In this document: positions 14,876 to 27,282 of the stretch, piece by piece
Position numbering within the stretch: position 1 is the stretch's first letter
Layout of the letters: every line of letters starts with the position of its first letter
Assembly (NCBI GenBank): GCA_009103225.1
Contig: RHPI01002533.1
Location: 69,793-133,792, forward strand
Source of the DNA: Chlorokybus atmophyticus
Lineage: Eukaryota; Plantae; Mesostigma and Chlorokybus algae
Direction: 5' to 3'
Length of the DNA stretch: 64,000 nt
The notes under the pieces: model-generated
Told to the model about the DNA's origin: nothing
The model's database searches: none
Seen by the model: the letters and a program-made list of their open reading frames with translations, nothing else
Position numbers and translations under genes: made by a program

Positions 14876-16351
14876 CTATTCAACCTTCTTGGCCTTGCCC
14901 TTCCCCTTGGTTGGGCAGTTCTTTGCAATGTGGCCAGGCTGATGACAGACGTAACAGGTGCGAGCCGCAGCAGGCGTAGCACCACCAGCAGGTGTGGCAC
15001 TAGTAGAAGGACCATATGTCTTCGCCTTCTTTGCCAAGTGTGCACTCGGATGAGGGAAACGCTTCCCTCCCACCCCTGGCGGTTTGGCCGAAACTGCCAC
15101 ATGTGACTTGTCCTGCACCGCCGTGTCATCGTTGTATAGGTACACGCTCAGCTTCTGCAACTTGGCCAAGTCCTCGGGAACCCAAGGCAGTCCCGTTGCC
15201 GTGTTGTACTGCAGTTGATCACGCACACGCGCATCCAAGCCGCGCTTGTACAACTCAAACTGCTCGGCCTTGTCAATAGGCATGAGGCCGCTGTTGGCAC
15301 GACCCACCAATGCCTGGAATTCTTGCAGATAGGCTGAAGCCGCCCGACCATTCTGTCGCAACTTGCTGAGCTTGTTACGAGCCTGAGTAGCCGGGTCCAT
15401 GCCACCATAGCGTTCCGTCAGGAACTGAAACAGTGCCTCCACTGTTTTGGTAGCACCGTCCTGTGTCTGCCTCGCCCACTCGGCGAGAGCGTCAGAAGGC
15501 ATGAGCAACTCAGCAACAGCAATGTGTTCACCAACGGGGCGTCTCAATGCTGTTAAATAGTGCTCAACAGTTACCACCCAGTCGTGGATACTGACGCTGC
15601 CGTTGGGCTTGAACTTCTCAGGCTTATTCAGTGCTGTAACCGGCAGCCCCGCTGATGCTCCAGCTGCTGAAGTAGCACCCGCCACCTGTTGGCGCAGCGC
15701 CACCAACTCAGCCTGCATAGCATCGAGGCGTGCCGTCAACTGCACTCGGCCAGTCAACTTGTCTTCCAAGTTAGGTCCCAAGTACCAGAACACGTCCTTG
15801 CAACGCTGTGAGGTTTCCACTCCCAAGTTGGCCAAAGCCTCAAACGCCATTCGCTTGCCTTGGTAAGGGGGAGGCTTATCGTAAACAGCCATCAGAGCAG
15901 CCACCTTCGGATCACCGCGCACGAGTGGCGGAACATTGTTCGTCAGCTCGTGCTCGAGCATGCGGATCACCATCTCCTTGCTTGCGCGAGGAAGTGTGAC
16001 AAAGTCCGTCTCATAGCCATCACGAACCTTCTGAGCCCATGCATCCCATGTTTCCTTGCCAAGCTGTGGGTTGGCATCAAGCAGAGCCTTGCGCTCCTGG
16101 GCATACTTCTCAATTGCCCCGCCAATGACACTCTGAGAGTCAACTGCAGGTGGTGCCATTTCAGCGTTTACTGCAACTGGTACACTCTGAGCAGACTGGT
16201 CGGGAGAAGCATCGCTCTCTTGCTTGTCTCCCTCCTTCTCACTGACGGTCAGCTGATAGCTCTCACTCGTGTCAGAGTAATTCACTTCCTCTTCACTTGA
16301 TGGCTCATATGATGTGGACTTCTCCACATCGTCCCCTCCTTGGTCAGACAT
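14876..16351 (-). CDS. gag: Gag with CCHC zinc knuckle
   Basis: Open frame from ATG 16351 (MSDQGG), gag-like capsid region (KPEKF...W, LRQNGR...YLQEF), and CYVCHQPGHIAKNC; TAG stop at 14878-14876. Confidence 0.9.
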   Translation of the reverse strand: MSDQGGDDVEKSTSYEPSSEEEVNYSDTSESYQLTVSEKEGDKQESDASPDQSAQSVPVAVNAEMAPPAVDSQSVIGGAIEKYAQERKALLDANPQLGKETWDAWAQKVRDGYETDFVTLPRASKEMVIRMLEHELTNNVPPLVRGDPKVAALMAVYDKPPPYQGKRMAFEALANLGVETSQRCKDVFWYLGPNLEDKLTGRVQLTARLDAMQAELVALRQQVAGATSAAGASAGLPVTALNKPEKFKPNGSVSIHDWVVTVEHYLTALRRPVGEHIAVAELLMPSDALAEWARQTQDGATKTVEALFQFLTERYGGMDPATQARNKLSKLRQNGRAASAYLQEFQALVGRANSGLMPIDKAEQFELYKRGLDARVRDQLQYNTATGLPWVPEDLAKLQKLSVYLYNDDTAVQDKSHVAVSAKPPGVGGKRFPHPSAHLAKKAKTYGPSTSATPAGGATPAAARTCYVCHQPGHIAKNCPTKGKGKAKKVE

Positions 16352-17169
16352 CTGCCCAAGAATATAAGCCGTCAATAGTTGAAGTTTGCAAGTGCACAAA
16401 CACACGAGTTGTGCACTGCAAAAGTGTCAAAATCACTTGATTTTGTCTCGTCAAGTTTCAAGTGTGTAACGTGGAGTATACAGCTCAAACAAGAGCTCCC
16501 CACACACTTCTCAACTAGACACTTGCTTAGAAACAAACCGCACGCGAATTCACGCGGCGGTTCACAAGTTACAGCTTGTCAAAGTTTGCACTTTGTACAA
16601 CTCAACTCAACCCACAATTGTAATTGACACACAGGGTGCCAAAATCTCGTTGAATCAACCCTACAGGGTGATATCAGCGAGTTGTGAGTTGTGAGTCTGA
16701 TACTGGCCGCACAGAATGACTCTGGCGGCCTCACCGCACTGACTGGCGGTAACGACAGCCGATGTTGCCACCGGACTGTCTCACAAGGGGGGTCAAACCC
16801 TTTACACCACCACGAATCCACGTGGTGGCCAGCACAAGCACACACAAGTGGTTATATATATATAAATCACTATGTGATGTGCTGGGCATGCAATACTGAG
16901 GGGGAAGGCTGCCTGAGTGGCCGCCTCCCCTACACGCAAGCTAACAAGCTCGGCTAGGCTAGGGCAGGGCAAGCTAGGCTATGCAAGGCAAGGCAAGGCA
17001 GGGCTAGGTAACTAGCCTACACCAGCAACAGCGTTTCAATAATAACAACAACAACAACAACTACCACCTAATAACTACCACTAGTTGCCGCCGCTGCAGT
17101 CGCCTGCCGCCTGCCGCCGCCGTCGCCTGCCGCCTGCCGCCGCCCCTTCCACAGGCTCTTCACGCCCGT

Positions 17170-17181
17170 GCTCCGATACCA
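17170..17181 (-). promoter_or_regulatory. Primer-binding site, tRNA-iMet type
   Basis: Minus strand TGGTATCGGAGC right after the 5' LTR; the canonical plant iMet PBS is TGGTATCAGAGC. Confidence 0.85.
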
Positions 17182-17182
17182 A

Positions 17183-17528
17183 TGTAAAGAGACTAGAGGG
17201 GGTGTGCCCCCTCCTCCCTTTAATCCCCTACCCCAACACCACCACCAGCCACGACGCCACCGCCGCCGCCGCCAGGGGAATCCGCCGGAGCAGAAGATCC
17301 CCTGGCTATGGCGGCCGCTGCGTTAGCAGCGCCGCCATAAGGCTGATATCGACATGAGACTCATGTCTCATGTCGATATCAGTGTTTCAATTAAGTAACA
17401 CTACATTAGGGCCTTAACACTAGGTTAACGGCCCTAATATGGCTTAATAGACTGTATAATCCCGTTGGGACCCTTATTTAATCCTAAATAAGGGCGGGGA
17501 ACCTCTATGGAGGTAGCACACCGTTACA
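17183..17528 (-). repeat. 5' LTR (346 bp)
   Basis: Direct repeat of 10647-10985; carries the extra TCATGTC duplication. Confidence 0.97.
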
Positions 17529-20500
17529 CATATTGCCTTGTGTAGAGTTGACTCTGTATGTCATTGAACAGGGGAACTTGTTCAAAAAGTGGTAGGCGAC
17601 TATTTCAAAGTCAACGTTAAAGCTATACTTGCGTAAAATCGCTGCACCACAATCAATTAGTACTGGTTCAATAACCATCCAGTCTACGGCAGCTGCAAGC
17701 TTGCATGTTCAGCCCCAAAGCTCTTAAGGTGGTAGTAGCAACTCGGTGGGGATCACAAGTTGACTCTATTGTACGCCCATTGCAAGTTGAAGGCGACATG
17801 AGAACCCTCTACCTTTTGCAGCGTCGTGAACTTGTGTAGTCCGTGGGTCTACTTGTGATGCACGCCAAAAAGCTACAGCCGTCGTGGATCTTGTAAGCAA
17901 ATAAGGGCTGTAGACAGCATTGAGACGTGTGGCACAACACCTCATAATCACGCCTCTCCAAGTGGTCATCGGTAGCCTTGAAGCTGAACAAGCCCGCTGA
18001 GATAACATGTTTGAGAAGTACGGCATACGGTACAAGCATTTTTGTAAGATTGGCAGTGAGGACGCAGTGGAGGACAACGATACTTGCGTTAAGAACAAGA
18101 AGTTCAGTGACCGTCTCCTTAAGAGCCTTGAGAAGCGCTGGTCAAAGATGGGGCAGTCCATATTTGTGCTCGCTTATGTACTTAACTCTGCAAGGCAAAC
18201 CCAGCAAGTACCCTGAACGTAGCAAAGCCTTTTCTTTTTTACATCAACCTATAGCTAATTAGCGTTGATGGCTGATAGGGCTGGGGCTAAACTTAACTTT
18301 GAACATAATCGACTAAACATAGAACAAGAACCTGAACAATATTATTAAATTGAAGTAAATATAACCTTATGTTGTACTTGCAGAATAAAACAAGTGACAT
18401 TCATGAGTGACAGCGATTGAACCATCAATAATGAACATCAATACGAACAAAATCTTTGATTAAACGTAGATAAAATCTATGGAAAAAACGCATACATTTA
18501 TCAATCGACTATATGCAATCGACTATGTGCATCATGCAACATGAAGCATTGCATCCTTAATGGCATGCAATTTGCTACATAACATGTATGTGAAAGCGTG
18601 AATTGAACATTGATATGACGTCGAGTCATGCTGCTTCACATGGTACGCAAAGCCACGCAACAATACAGCATGACTATGCATAATATTACGTAACTACAAA
18701 GGGTTCGTTCCCTATATGCGCCATGCATAGAGAACGAATACGGAGCATTCTTTCAACCCTTATTTTGTGCTAATTTTCAACCATTGATGTCGGAACAAAG
18801 AACTTTTTTTGCTCGTTCTTTGTAATAAAACATAATTGTTATGTCGCAGCCCTACTTGTTTAACATGCCTTTTTATACGGAAGCAGCCAGCATTACATAT
18901 AAGCCAGTAAAGTAGCCCTATGTGATGTTTGCAGAACACCAGTAACCATTGCCCATTGCACTCAGCTCATCAAAAGCTGCACAATAAGCCTATTTGCATT
19001 ATAAACAAAGCACAAATAGCCAATAAACATGTGTTAACGTTAACCATCAATACGTTAATCACGAATAAGGTAAATTGTGTTGATGCCCATCACTATATGT
19101 GAGCAAATGGGGAGGGGCATCATTCATGTGCAAATGATAAAGTTTAACAAACATATTAAACTTGACAAGCAAGAAATGTAATCACATATCATATACATAT
19201 AGTATAATAATTTATATATGTGTGTAGTGATGTTACGGCCGCTATTACAAATGAATACTTCATTATTAAATTACCAAAGCAAAAGCTGAAGAGGAATTTT
19301 GTTTCAAAGCGTTTACATGCTTCTTTACTATGGCAGACTCATTCGCGCAACGTTGCAAATTAAAGTTGGACCCATTTTTCATTTAGATTTTATTGATATT
19401 GTTATTGATACGGATAGATTATAGATTTGATTTATATTTGTTTACTTCATTACTTTACGTGCAATGTACTCATGCATTGATACTTACAAAAGTTGCATAT
19501 ATTCGAGTTAGGTATGCTAACGCAACGTGAACATTTCAAGTGTAATATGTGCATACAAATGCAAACAAATGTAATGTAATCGTATTGTAATGTGCTTATC
19601 GTATCTACAACATCATACTGCAGCTGTAAATTAGCGGTATGCTAATATTATTGTCGACCGGTGTTTTTAAAACGCTAAGTTATTTGGCTTTTAAGTTCAT
19701 TCAGTTTGCATTATAAAACTTACAAGCTATCATCTTTATGGATGTAAACATAAGATTTAACTGTATCGCTGTTAAAAATGTAACATGTGCATAAAGTGTA
19801 CAATTGAGATTGTACTAAATTGATTTGATCTGTAGTTGTTAACGGGAACTCACCATTGTGCCACAGTGGAGGTGAGTTATACCAAATATGTACTCAAGGG
19901 CTTGGTAAGCGCGTTGAGTATGTTAGGTTATACTGTACCAGTTATGAGTTTATATCACACATAGAAAATATGGATATCAAGGTGCACTACAGTGATTTGT
20001 GAAGATGAGGCAACAAGTGAAGGTCAAGTTTCATTTTAATGTAAGCTCTGATAGCAGGTTCAAAGCAAAACAAATGCAAGTTGTAATCCCTTTGTGATTT
20101 CATGCTTGGAAGTTTGACACCTTAATTTATACTCTTCAATCTCATACAATTATCCTGCTAGGTACCATACAATTACATAAGCAAGTAACTAGAAATATCA
20201 AGTGAAGCTACTTTACTTCAACATAAAAAAAAGGCTTTTATCTTATATAAACATCCAACTCAATCATTGAGCTTTACTGCACCTTATTGTAAGAAAATTT
20301 TATATGCTTCACAACATCTTGTATTATACTCACCATGCAATATGACTCAACCTATGTATATTATGTGCATAGAGTCAATGCATTGTTTCTGCCTATGTAG
20401 CTGTCATACATTATTATGACGAGTGTTAAGATTACTGTTTTCCTCATTATGTGACAAAAGTTACTATGCAAACATGCGTGTCTTGCATTTTGTGCACACT

Positions 20501-20901
20501 TGCACAACTTGTAATCAACCGTTGGCAATTTACTACTTCAACCCACAATTTCATTCAAGTCATGATAATGCTAAATTTTGAGTTCAGGTAACCAGCAACT
20601 TGAGACTAAGTAACCAATAACCTACCACGAGCTATGCCGTATGTTGATGGAACTAAGTTCTGACATGGCACCATGCTGCTGTATTTAGACCACGCATGGA
20701 CAATGCAATCCGCCAATAATTCATGTGCCAAACCAATACAGGCCTGAGCATCAACCAAGGCTCACACAGGTACATGATGAGCCCGCAGTGTGTCCACAAC
20801 ACCCATTGCATCGTCGTAGCGAGTCACTAAGGAACGATGACATGGCATGACCAATGCTGCAATGTAGTTCAGTAAGGAACGACCGGTATACTTGTACAAG
20901 C

Positions 20902-23714
20902 TCATTGCCAGTGCGCTAAAAGCCTCCCTACCAGCTGGTCTGCTTGTTTCCCAGCATCCGAGTGCAACTCAGCCAGCGAATGGAGTGTGCCCAACACGTC
21001 CTGCTTCACATGTGCCGGTAGGACTTCAGGCTGCATGTCGCAAAGCTGAGCAAACCATGGCAATATGCTCTCTACAAAGCTGCTCTGCCGCGTGAGTTGC
21101 ACAAGTGCCGTCACGATCTCGACCGCGACGTCGATGGAAAGCTGGTGCAAGATTGGACCGGTCCGCCCGATCAACCTCACCAACTGAAAATCGTCTTTGG
21201 TTTCCGCAACAATCGTGTACGCCTCATTTAACCTTGAAGCCGCTAGGTGCTCCATGATGTCGCTCCAGCTGTGAGAGCTCGCTGGAGCTGGCGTTGAGCG
21301 TGTTGTGACACTGCCCTTTATGATAGTGCTGGCACTAGTGGGTGGCGTGGGCGGGAATTGCCCGACCCATGAGCGCCGCAACCCCGGCCTTGTTGGCTTG
21401 TTGCACTCAACCTCATAGGGCGCTGATGTAGAAGGAAGGGCAGCATCATTCTCACTGTATCTGCGTGAGTGTTGGAGCGGGCGTTCATCGAATGAAATGT
21501 CCAGGCTCGCGCTGAGTGGAGAAGAGTAAGAGCTGCGTTGCGACCGCGCAGACTGCAATCCTGCAACTGTCGTTTCCAAGCGCGATACTCGATCTGTCAA
21601 TGCTGCCATAGCCGGTGGCAAGTCCGACAGCATCTTTATCATCCGTTGTTGCTGCTCCTCAATGTGCTCGAGGCGCTCATGTAAAAGTGCATCACCATTA
21701 CCTGCCACCGCAGCAGCATGCATTGGTGTGGAAAGTTCCCCAGCATTGTGTATGGACCCTTGCGAGCTGTCAGGTGTGTGCTGCTCGGGTAGGTCATGAC
21801 CTTCAGAGGCCTCATATCTGCTGAACTGTTCAACACCTGAAAAACGGGCATGAGACTCGGGGGTGGAAGGCGAACCATTGCTCAGAGGTGCTGCTGCTTC
21901 TTCTGCTGAGGCAAAGCTCGAGGACGAAGTCTCCGCTTGCAGCCTGCCATGCTCTTGTGCATCCCCGTCCTGTGCATGCTCTGATTCTGAACGTGCATCA
22001 GACCGTGGGCTGGAAGGGAGCAAAACCTCAACATGCTCGGTGGGTGATGAGGGCGACTGCGCCCAAGACTGAAAGAAGTTGGTGTTCTTTTGCTGAAGGC
22101 GCAAGTTGCTTGACCTCGAAGACTTCTCTGTCGCCAACTCCTGGGCTGCACAGAAGCATAAGCCTGAGATTTGCTTGTGTGTGCAGAGACCTGTCTTTCG
22201 ACATGGTGTCCTTCAGAATGTTCTCAATCCACATACCATCATTATTCCGCAACGGGCTGCCTTCCACTCCCCTAACAACTGGATGTGCCTCAGCAACAGC
22301 ATCTCTGACTGGTTTGACCTATGAACAACAAGGGCACAATCAGTTTGTGTGGGACGACACTGGATGCAGCGCTGTTGTGTGCCAGTTGCAAGCACCTTGT
22401 CAAAGCGGCAGAGTTCAAGCGCATCTAGCACTTCTTGCCAGTGCGGTCCAAAACGAGCGCCATTGGTTTTGGCAATCGCACTGAGCGCTTCGACCGCTGC
22501 CTTGCGCACGTTCCAGTCAGCATGCTTCGCTTTCTCCGCTAGCACGGGTACGAACTGGCCAATGAATGGCGTAAGAGAGTCTCTGCACTTCTGGGTACGC
22601 AGCATATGCTACAGTCAGTCATGGAAGCGCATATCATGGGCTCACTGCCGGCCTCACATTGTACATTTGGTAGCGTACTAAATGTTAAAAGACCTCACAA
22701 TGACAACATTCCCTCTTACCATTACTAGCTTATCGTCAAAATAACCATCATGTTGAATTGGTGAGGCAACATACCTCTGCAAGGCATTGAACGGCTTGCA
22801 GCAGCTGTGCTTCCGCTTGAAAAATTGCACTATGAAGCAATCTGACCATCCGCTGGCAGATCTTGGATAGACTCCCATCGTAAGAGCACTGTGAATGGGA
22901 GATGACAGCAGCCAGGGAGCTGGCCGCCGCAATCTGCACTTCCTTGTTCTGTTCACTAAGCGCCTCAAATAGAGGCCTGTAGAACACAACGGATGCAGCC
23001 ATTGAGGACGTATCCCTGGGGCCGCTGTATTGCATGATGCTGCCGAGCGCCTCTGCGCACGCAGCGCGCACAGCAGCATCAGGATCCTTGAAGCGCTTGA
23101 CTATGCTGGTTACAATCTTTGACGTGTGGGAAGTTATACCCTGCCCATGTACACGAGCAATCTCGCTGTACAGCAAGATGACTTCGCGCCTTGCTGGAGG
23201 TTTTTGTGTGCTGTCCACCTCGTACAAGCAACTGCGCAAGATACAATACCTCGCTGACAACCATGCTGACAATCGACTCACCAATAGCGTTATCAACTTC
23301 AATAGATATTGGCATATACTGCAAGTACACAGTAGGCAACAGCAGTGCACTTACCTAAGCACATTTGGCATGGTGTCCGCACCAGCAGCTTCAATAATGT
23401 CACGCAGTTCACCAGCAGCAGAGCGTTTTGTATCCCGATCATTTAATCGGGTCAGTGCCTACACAAGAAGTCTTTGTTTCAACATGGAGCAACGAAAACC
23501 ACATTGCAGAGCAGTGAGAAGCCCTCATCACCTGCAGAACTCTATTCTTGAGGTCAACCACAGCAGCATTGGCGAGCACCCGATTCCCACTGTTGACACT
23601 TTTTGTACGTTGCAGACCGGGTGCACTGACCGCGCGCAGCGTATGTGGCTTGTGTCCATTTGCACCAGCTTCAGCCATGGCACCGAAATCAAACCGCTGG
23701 TCACCACTGACCAT
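20902..23714 (-). CDS. TOR1: TORTIFOLIA1/SPIRAL2-like microtubule-associated HEAT-repeat protein, multi-exon
   Basis: DLKNRVLQ, ALTRLNDRDTKRSAAGEL, ARREVILLY, KIVTSIVKRFKDPDAAVRAACAEALG, LAEKAKHADWNVRKAAVEAL, LELCRFDKV, coiled coil, and C-terminal WSDIMEHL...AYTIV...DDFQLVRLIGRTGP...LPWFAQL. Start codon uncertain; an upstream exon may lie at ~24837-25017. Confidence 0.8.
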
Positions 23715-25693
23715 TGCTGCTAGCAACAACAGGCTGTACCAGCCTGCCAACTGCAGTGATTGCAGCATGAGTGCAACGCTTGCAGCTCCCACACAGGCAT
23801 ACAAGCTGACCAACACCATGCAGCAAACGCCCTGAAGACCCACCAGTAGTACCTCATGCTAGAATCTGTGTTGATGGGCTGCAGTCTCCGCCAAAGGCTA
23901 TCTCTAAGTCTTCAGCACTCCAGGTCATCTGTAGTCATAACCTTGAACCCAGATGCCACGGGCACTCCATGGCAAGCGGCCCACGAGCCATGCGGGCAAT
24001 GCTGCCATGCACAAGGCCTGTGGCATGAAAGGAACATATCAGAGATGCATGCGGAAAAGCAATGCTTCTGCTACGTTGTTGGCTGGAAAACCCGCTGCTA
24101 AAGCCGAACCCGAGTTGTTAACTGAAACAGCGGCTCATGTGTGAATTTGGCCTAACCGCATGTCAGAGTTTACAATGCGAACCCTGTCGTCCGGGACTAG
24201 CTGACTATACTGCGGACTTGTGAGGGACATACAAGATGCGCGAGCTCAACTGATCAAAACGTCATGCACGAGCTGAGACGAGAAGCCGCCACAATGTACA
24301 AGAAAGAGCATCAAGGTTTGACCAATGCCTAGCACGAGACAGCAAGACACTTAGAACAACGGGTGTTTACTTTGCAGGGGTAGCTACTTTGCACACGGCT
24401 AACATACACGCAAGTTGTAGCACATCGGGCGTGCATTGTGTCGCCCATACGTCCCATCACAGCTCGTGTATCAGAGGTTTCTCGTTCACAGTTGCAAACG
24501 TCGTATGCTACGTGCACACGTGCGCTCCTCAGCGGCCTATTTGGGAGCTCCACATGCAATGCAGGTAGTTGTAAAAGGTAGCATAAATGTCATATCAGAT
24601 GCATGACACTAAACACAATGTGACAATATAATAGAATGACAAACAGCCCGCATGGCTAATTCAAGTGGCCATGCGATGCAAATGTTTGTAATTATCTGAG
24701 CGCCAATGCAAGGCACGCAAGTAGCAGAGTTACAGCCAGCAAGACTGCGCCTGGCACAGCAGGCTTGACCCAAACACGTCAGCTCTGTCCAGCTGTGACG
24801 AAAGAAGACTGTTCTGCCTCTGGATCAAGGCTCACCACACCGTTTCTTCCACCCTTGCGTGCTCCTCGTCAGCCCGGCCGCCGCCACCGCCGCTGCCGCT
24901 GGCGTTAGCAACGCAAAGCATTGAACCGCTTAGACGGTTAGCCCCAAACCCTAATTTCCGCCCAGGTGGCACCAACCTCGCCGATATCGACGCTGACGCC
25001 GTCATCATGAACAGCGCCATACTGGCTGCTTTACAACTGTAACCGCTACCCGCTGATTACGCCACCTGCCGCGGACGGATCCCTGTATCTCGAGGACTCC
25101 GCCGTGGATATCTGAGATATGATATCTCGCAACTGGCGAGTCGCGGCACGCTGACGTTAGTGACGTAACCGAATGACAGGGAACCGTCCGAAAAGACGCA
25201 CGAGTCACCCGTAATTTGAAATCCGTTTCACTAGAAGGCGCCGATTGGTCAGCTATTGTCACACTATTTTTCCCGCGTAATCAGCCTGCTGACCTCGTGA
25301 CGCAGGCCACCGTGTCCTGTGCGATACGCTATCGTCATCCCCGATCGCCAGAGGTGTTCTCTCACCCGTGCGCATGTGGGCGACGGAGTAGCTACGGAGC
25401 CGCGTGCTGTTAGGGTTGACGTCGGCGGCGGCGGCGGCGGGGTCAGTGGTACGGTGGGTAGCAGTAATAAGGCTGGCGGTGAGGGTTGCTGCTATCTGTA
25501 GGCTGGTCCGGGCGAAGCTGTAAGTAGCAGCTGCTAGTAATTGATCGGCTGGTCAAAGCGGAGGCTTGCTGTGCACGGGGTCTAGCGGGCAATAAGGTCG
25601 GCGGGGGGGGTGGGCGGCGCCTACAACTGTCTGTGTGAGGTCAGGGCTTTCAACCTGTTGCGTTTACCTGCTGCCGGTCGGTCGTCCACCGCC

Positions 25694-27104
25694 ATGACGA
25701 TGTCGGCGGCGGCCCTCCGATTGATGTCCGATCTGAAGTCCATCAGACAAGAGCCTCCTGAGGTACGGCTGGTTGCCTCCTGTGTGTATTGAATGCAAAC
25801 AATTGCTTAGCGAGCCTCTCTCAAGGTTGAATGGAGACAATCACCTGCTTGCCAGCTGTGTGCCCTTTCGTGTGAACCAACGCTCATGTGGATAGTTGGG
25901 TGGGTGAAACGTGGTCCTGGTCGCTGTCAGCTGTTCGCAGCTGGTCGGTGTGTGAGGGTGGGGNNNNNNNNNNNNNNNNNNNNNNNNNNNNNNNNNNNNN
26001 NNNNNNNNNNNNNNNNNNNNNNNNNNNNNNNNNNNNNNNNNNNNNNNNNNNNNNNNNNNNNNNNNNNNNNNNNNNNNNNNNNNNNNNNNNNNNNGGGGGG
26101 GGGTGGGGGGGGTAAGCTGACATCAGTGTGTCATGCTGCGGGTTTCCCAGGGCGTTCCCCTTTGCAATCTTAAGACCGGTTATTGTTGCTGGCACTGAGC
26201 CTAGGGTGACGCAGGGTTGCAGCGCAAGTCCTTCCTCAGAGGATAACTTATTTGTATGGTCGGCCACCATATTTGGGCCGGACGAGACACCTTGGGAGGG
26301 TAAGCATGGATGTTGTTGTGTAGCCACCAGGAGTGCGTTTCATCATTGATCAGTCATACGTCATCATCATAGCTTCTCTGGACGTATGTATCAGCCGTAC
26401 TTGTATGTGTGAACACGGTCTCATGCAAACTGCAGGTGGTGTCTTTTCCCTGCGCATCACGTTTGGTGATCAGTACCCAGAGAAGCCGCCCAGAGTCCGA
26501 TTCACTTCAGAAGTGTTTCATCCAAATGGTAGGCAGCATATGTCAGCGCTGCTGTTAGTGCTGGGTTGAGGATGCCGATACTCTCTACTTTGTGTCTCGT
26601 TATCTGCCTTTCTCGCGTGTTGCTGGAGTAACTTTTGTGGTTGCTGACACGTGGTGCTCTTGTCGGGGCAGTCTACAGTGATGGCACGCTGTGCATGGAT
26701 ATCATTCAGGACGCCTGGTCACCGTGCCACAATATCTGCACGCTGCTGACTTCCATTCAGGTTAGAGCAGTTGTCAATGCCAGCACGGTTGTCATGCTGC
26801 GCAGTCACTACGTGCGTGCTGTTGTTCTGTACTTCGTTTACAGTCATCCAAGCTAGCTTTTTGCGAGTATGAAGGTTGATGAGTGTAATGGTACTGTGCA
26901 GAGCCTGCTGACTGATCCCAATCCTGCTAGTCCTGCTAACCCTGAGGCAGCACAGCTGTACCAGAACGATCCAACAGCTTATAGCAAGTGAGTTGTAAAC
27001 GATGTCTGTAGCAGTACCAGGCCGTCTGTGACGTGTATATGTGCTAAGTGGACTGCTGCAGGCGCGTTCGCCGCTGCGCGCAGAGGTCGATCGAGTGCTG
27101 CTAA
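25694..27104 (+). CDS. UBC2: Ubiquitin-conjugating enzyme E2, RAD6/UBC2 family, multi-exon
   Basis: [23 protein letters not shown]|[29 protein letters not shown]|[30 protein letters not shown]|[30 protein letters not shown]|[20 protein letters not shown]; TAA at 27102-27104. Confidence 0.92.
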
Positions 27105-27282
27105 GGATGAGGTGACGAAACAGTAGCTGGGCTCAAACAGGGCGTTTATGCAGTTGAGAGGGATCATTGCTTGGCAGCTACGTTCAGTAGGGCAGTGTAG
27201 GTTATGTACATATGACTATCTTGTTTGGGGTGCTGCTTAATTGCTTTCATGAATGCGTCTGTGTCCTCGGTGCTGGCGTTTC

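Larger units (their letters stand above)
10647..17528 (-). mobile_element. Full-length Ty3/gypsy LTR retrotransposon (chromovirus)
   Basis: TGTA...TACA LTR pair; 5-bp TSD CATAT (10642-10646 and 17529-17533); PBS and PPT present; intact gag and pol with a C-terminal chromodomain. Confidence 0.97.
9990..18215 (+). pseudogene. Decayed intron-containing hAT-superfamily transposase, split by the gypsy insertion
   Basis: Left piece: STGDNI and ITAVYDVATNCRKPRRLVLRKHPHMISMDCYARQ, then a GT donor at 10580. Right piece after the AG at 17571: GNL..VVGDYFKVN, YWFNNH, ALKVVVATRWGS (17741-17749), LEKRWSKMGQSIFVLAYVLN. These match hAT CxAHQxNL, TRWxS and RW...LAYxL motifs. Many stops and frameshifts. Confidence 0.7.

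Noticed and set aside
18276-18854. Discrete hAT-type MITE with TAGGGCTG TIRs
   Set aside because: The TIR is only 8 bp and the flanks (ATGGCTGA vs CTTGTTTA) do not form a TSD.
9421-20528. TTGCCAACGG / CCGTTGGCAA as hAT terminal inverted repeats
   Set aside because: Only a 10-nt match found post hoc; it does not extend to the ends and no 8-bp TSD is visible.
24946-24954. Telo-box AAACCCTAA (also ACCCTAACCCTA near 29927) as a telomere or telomerase-RNA template
   Set aside because: These are isolated short motifs within genic regions, common in green-lineage 5' regions, with no supporting array or RNA structure.
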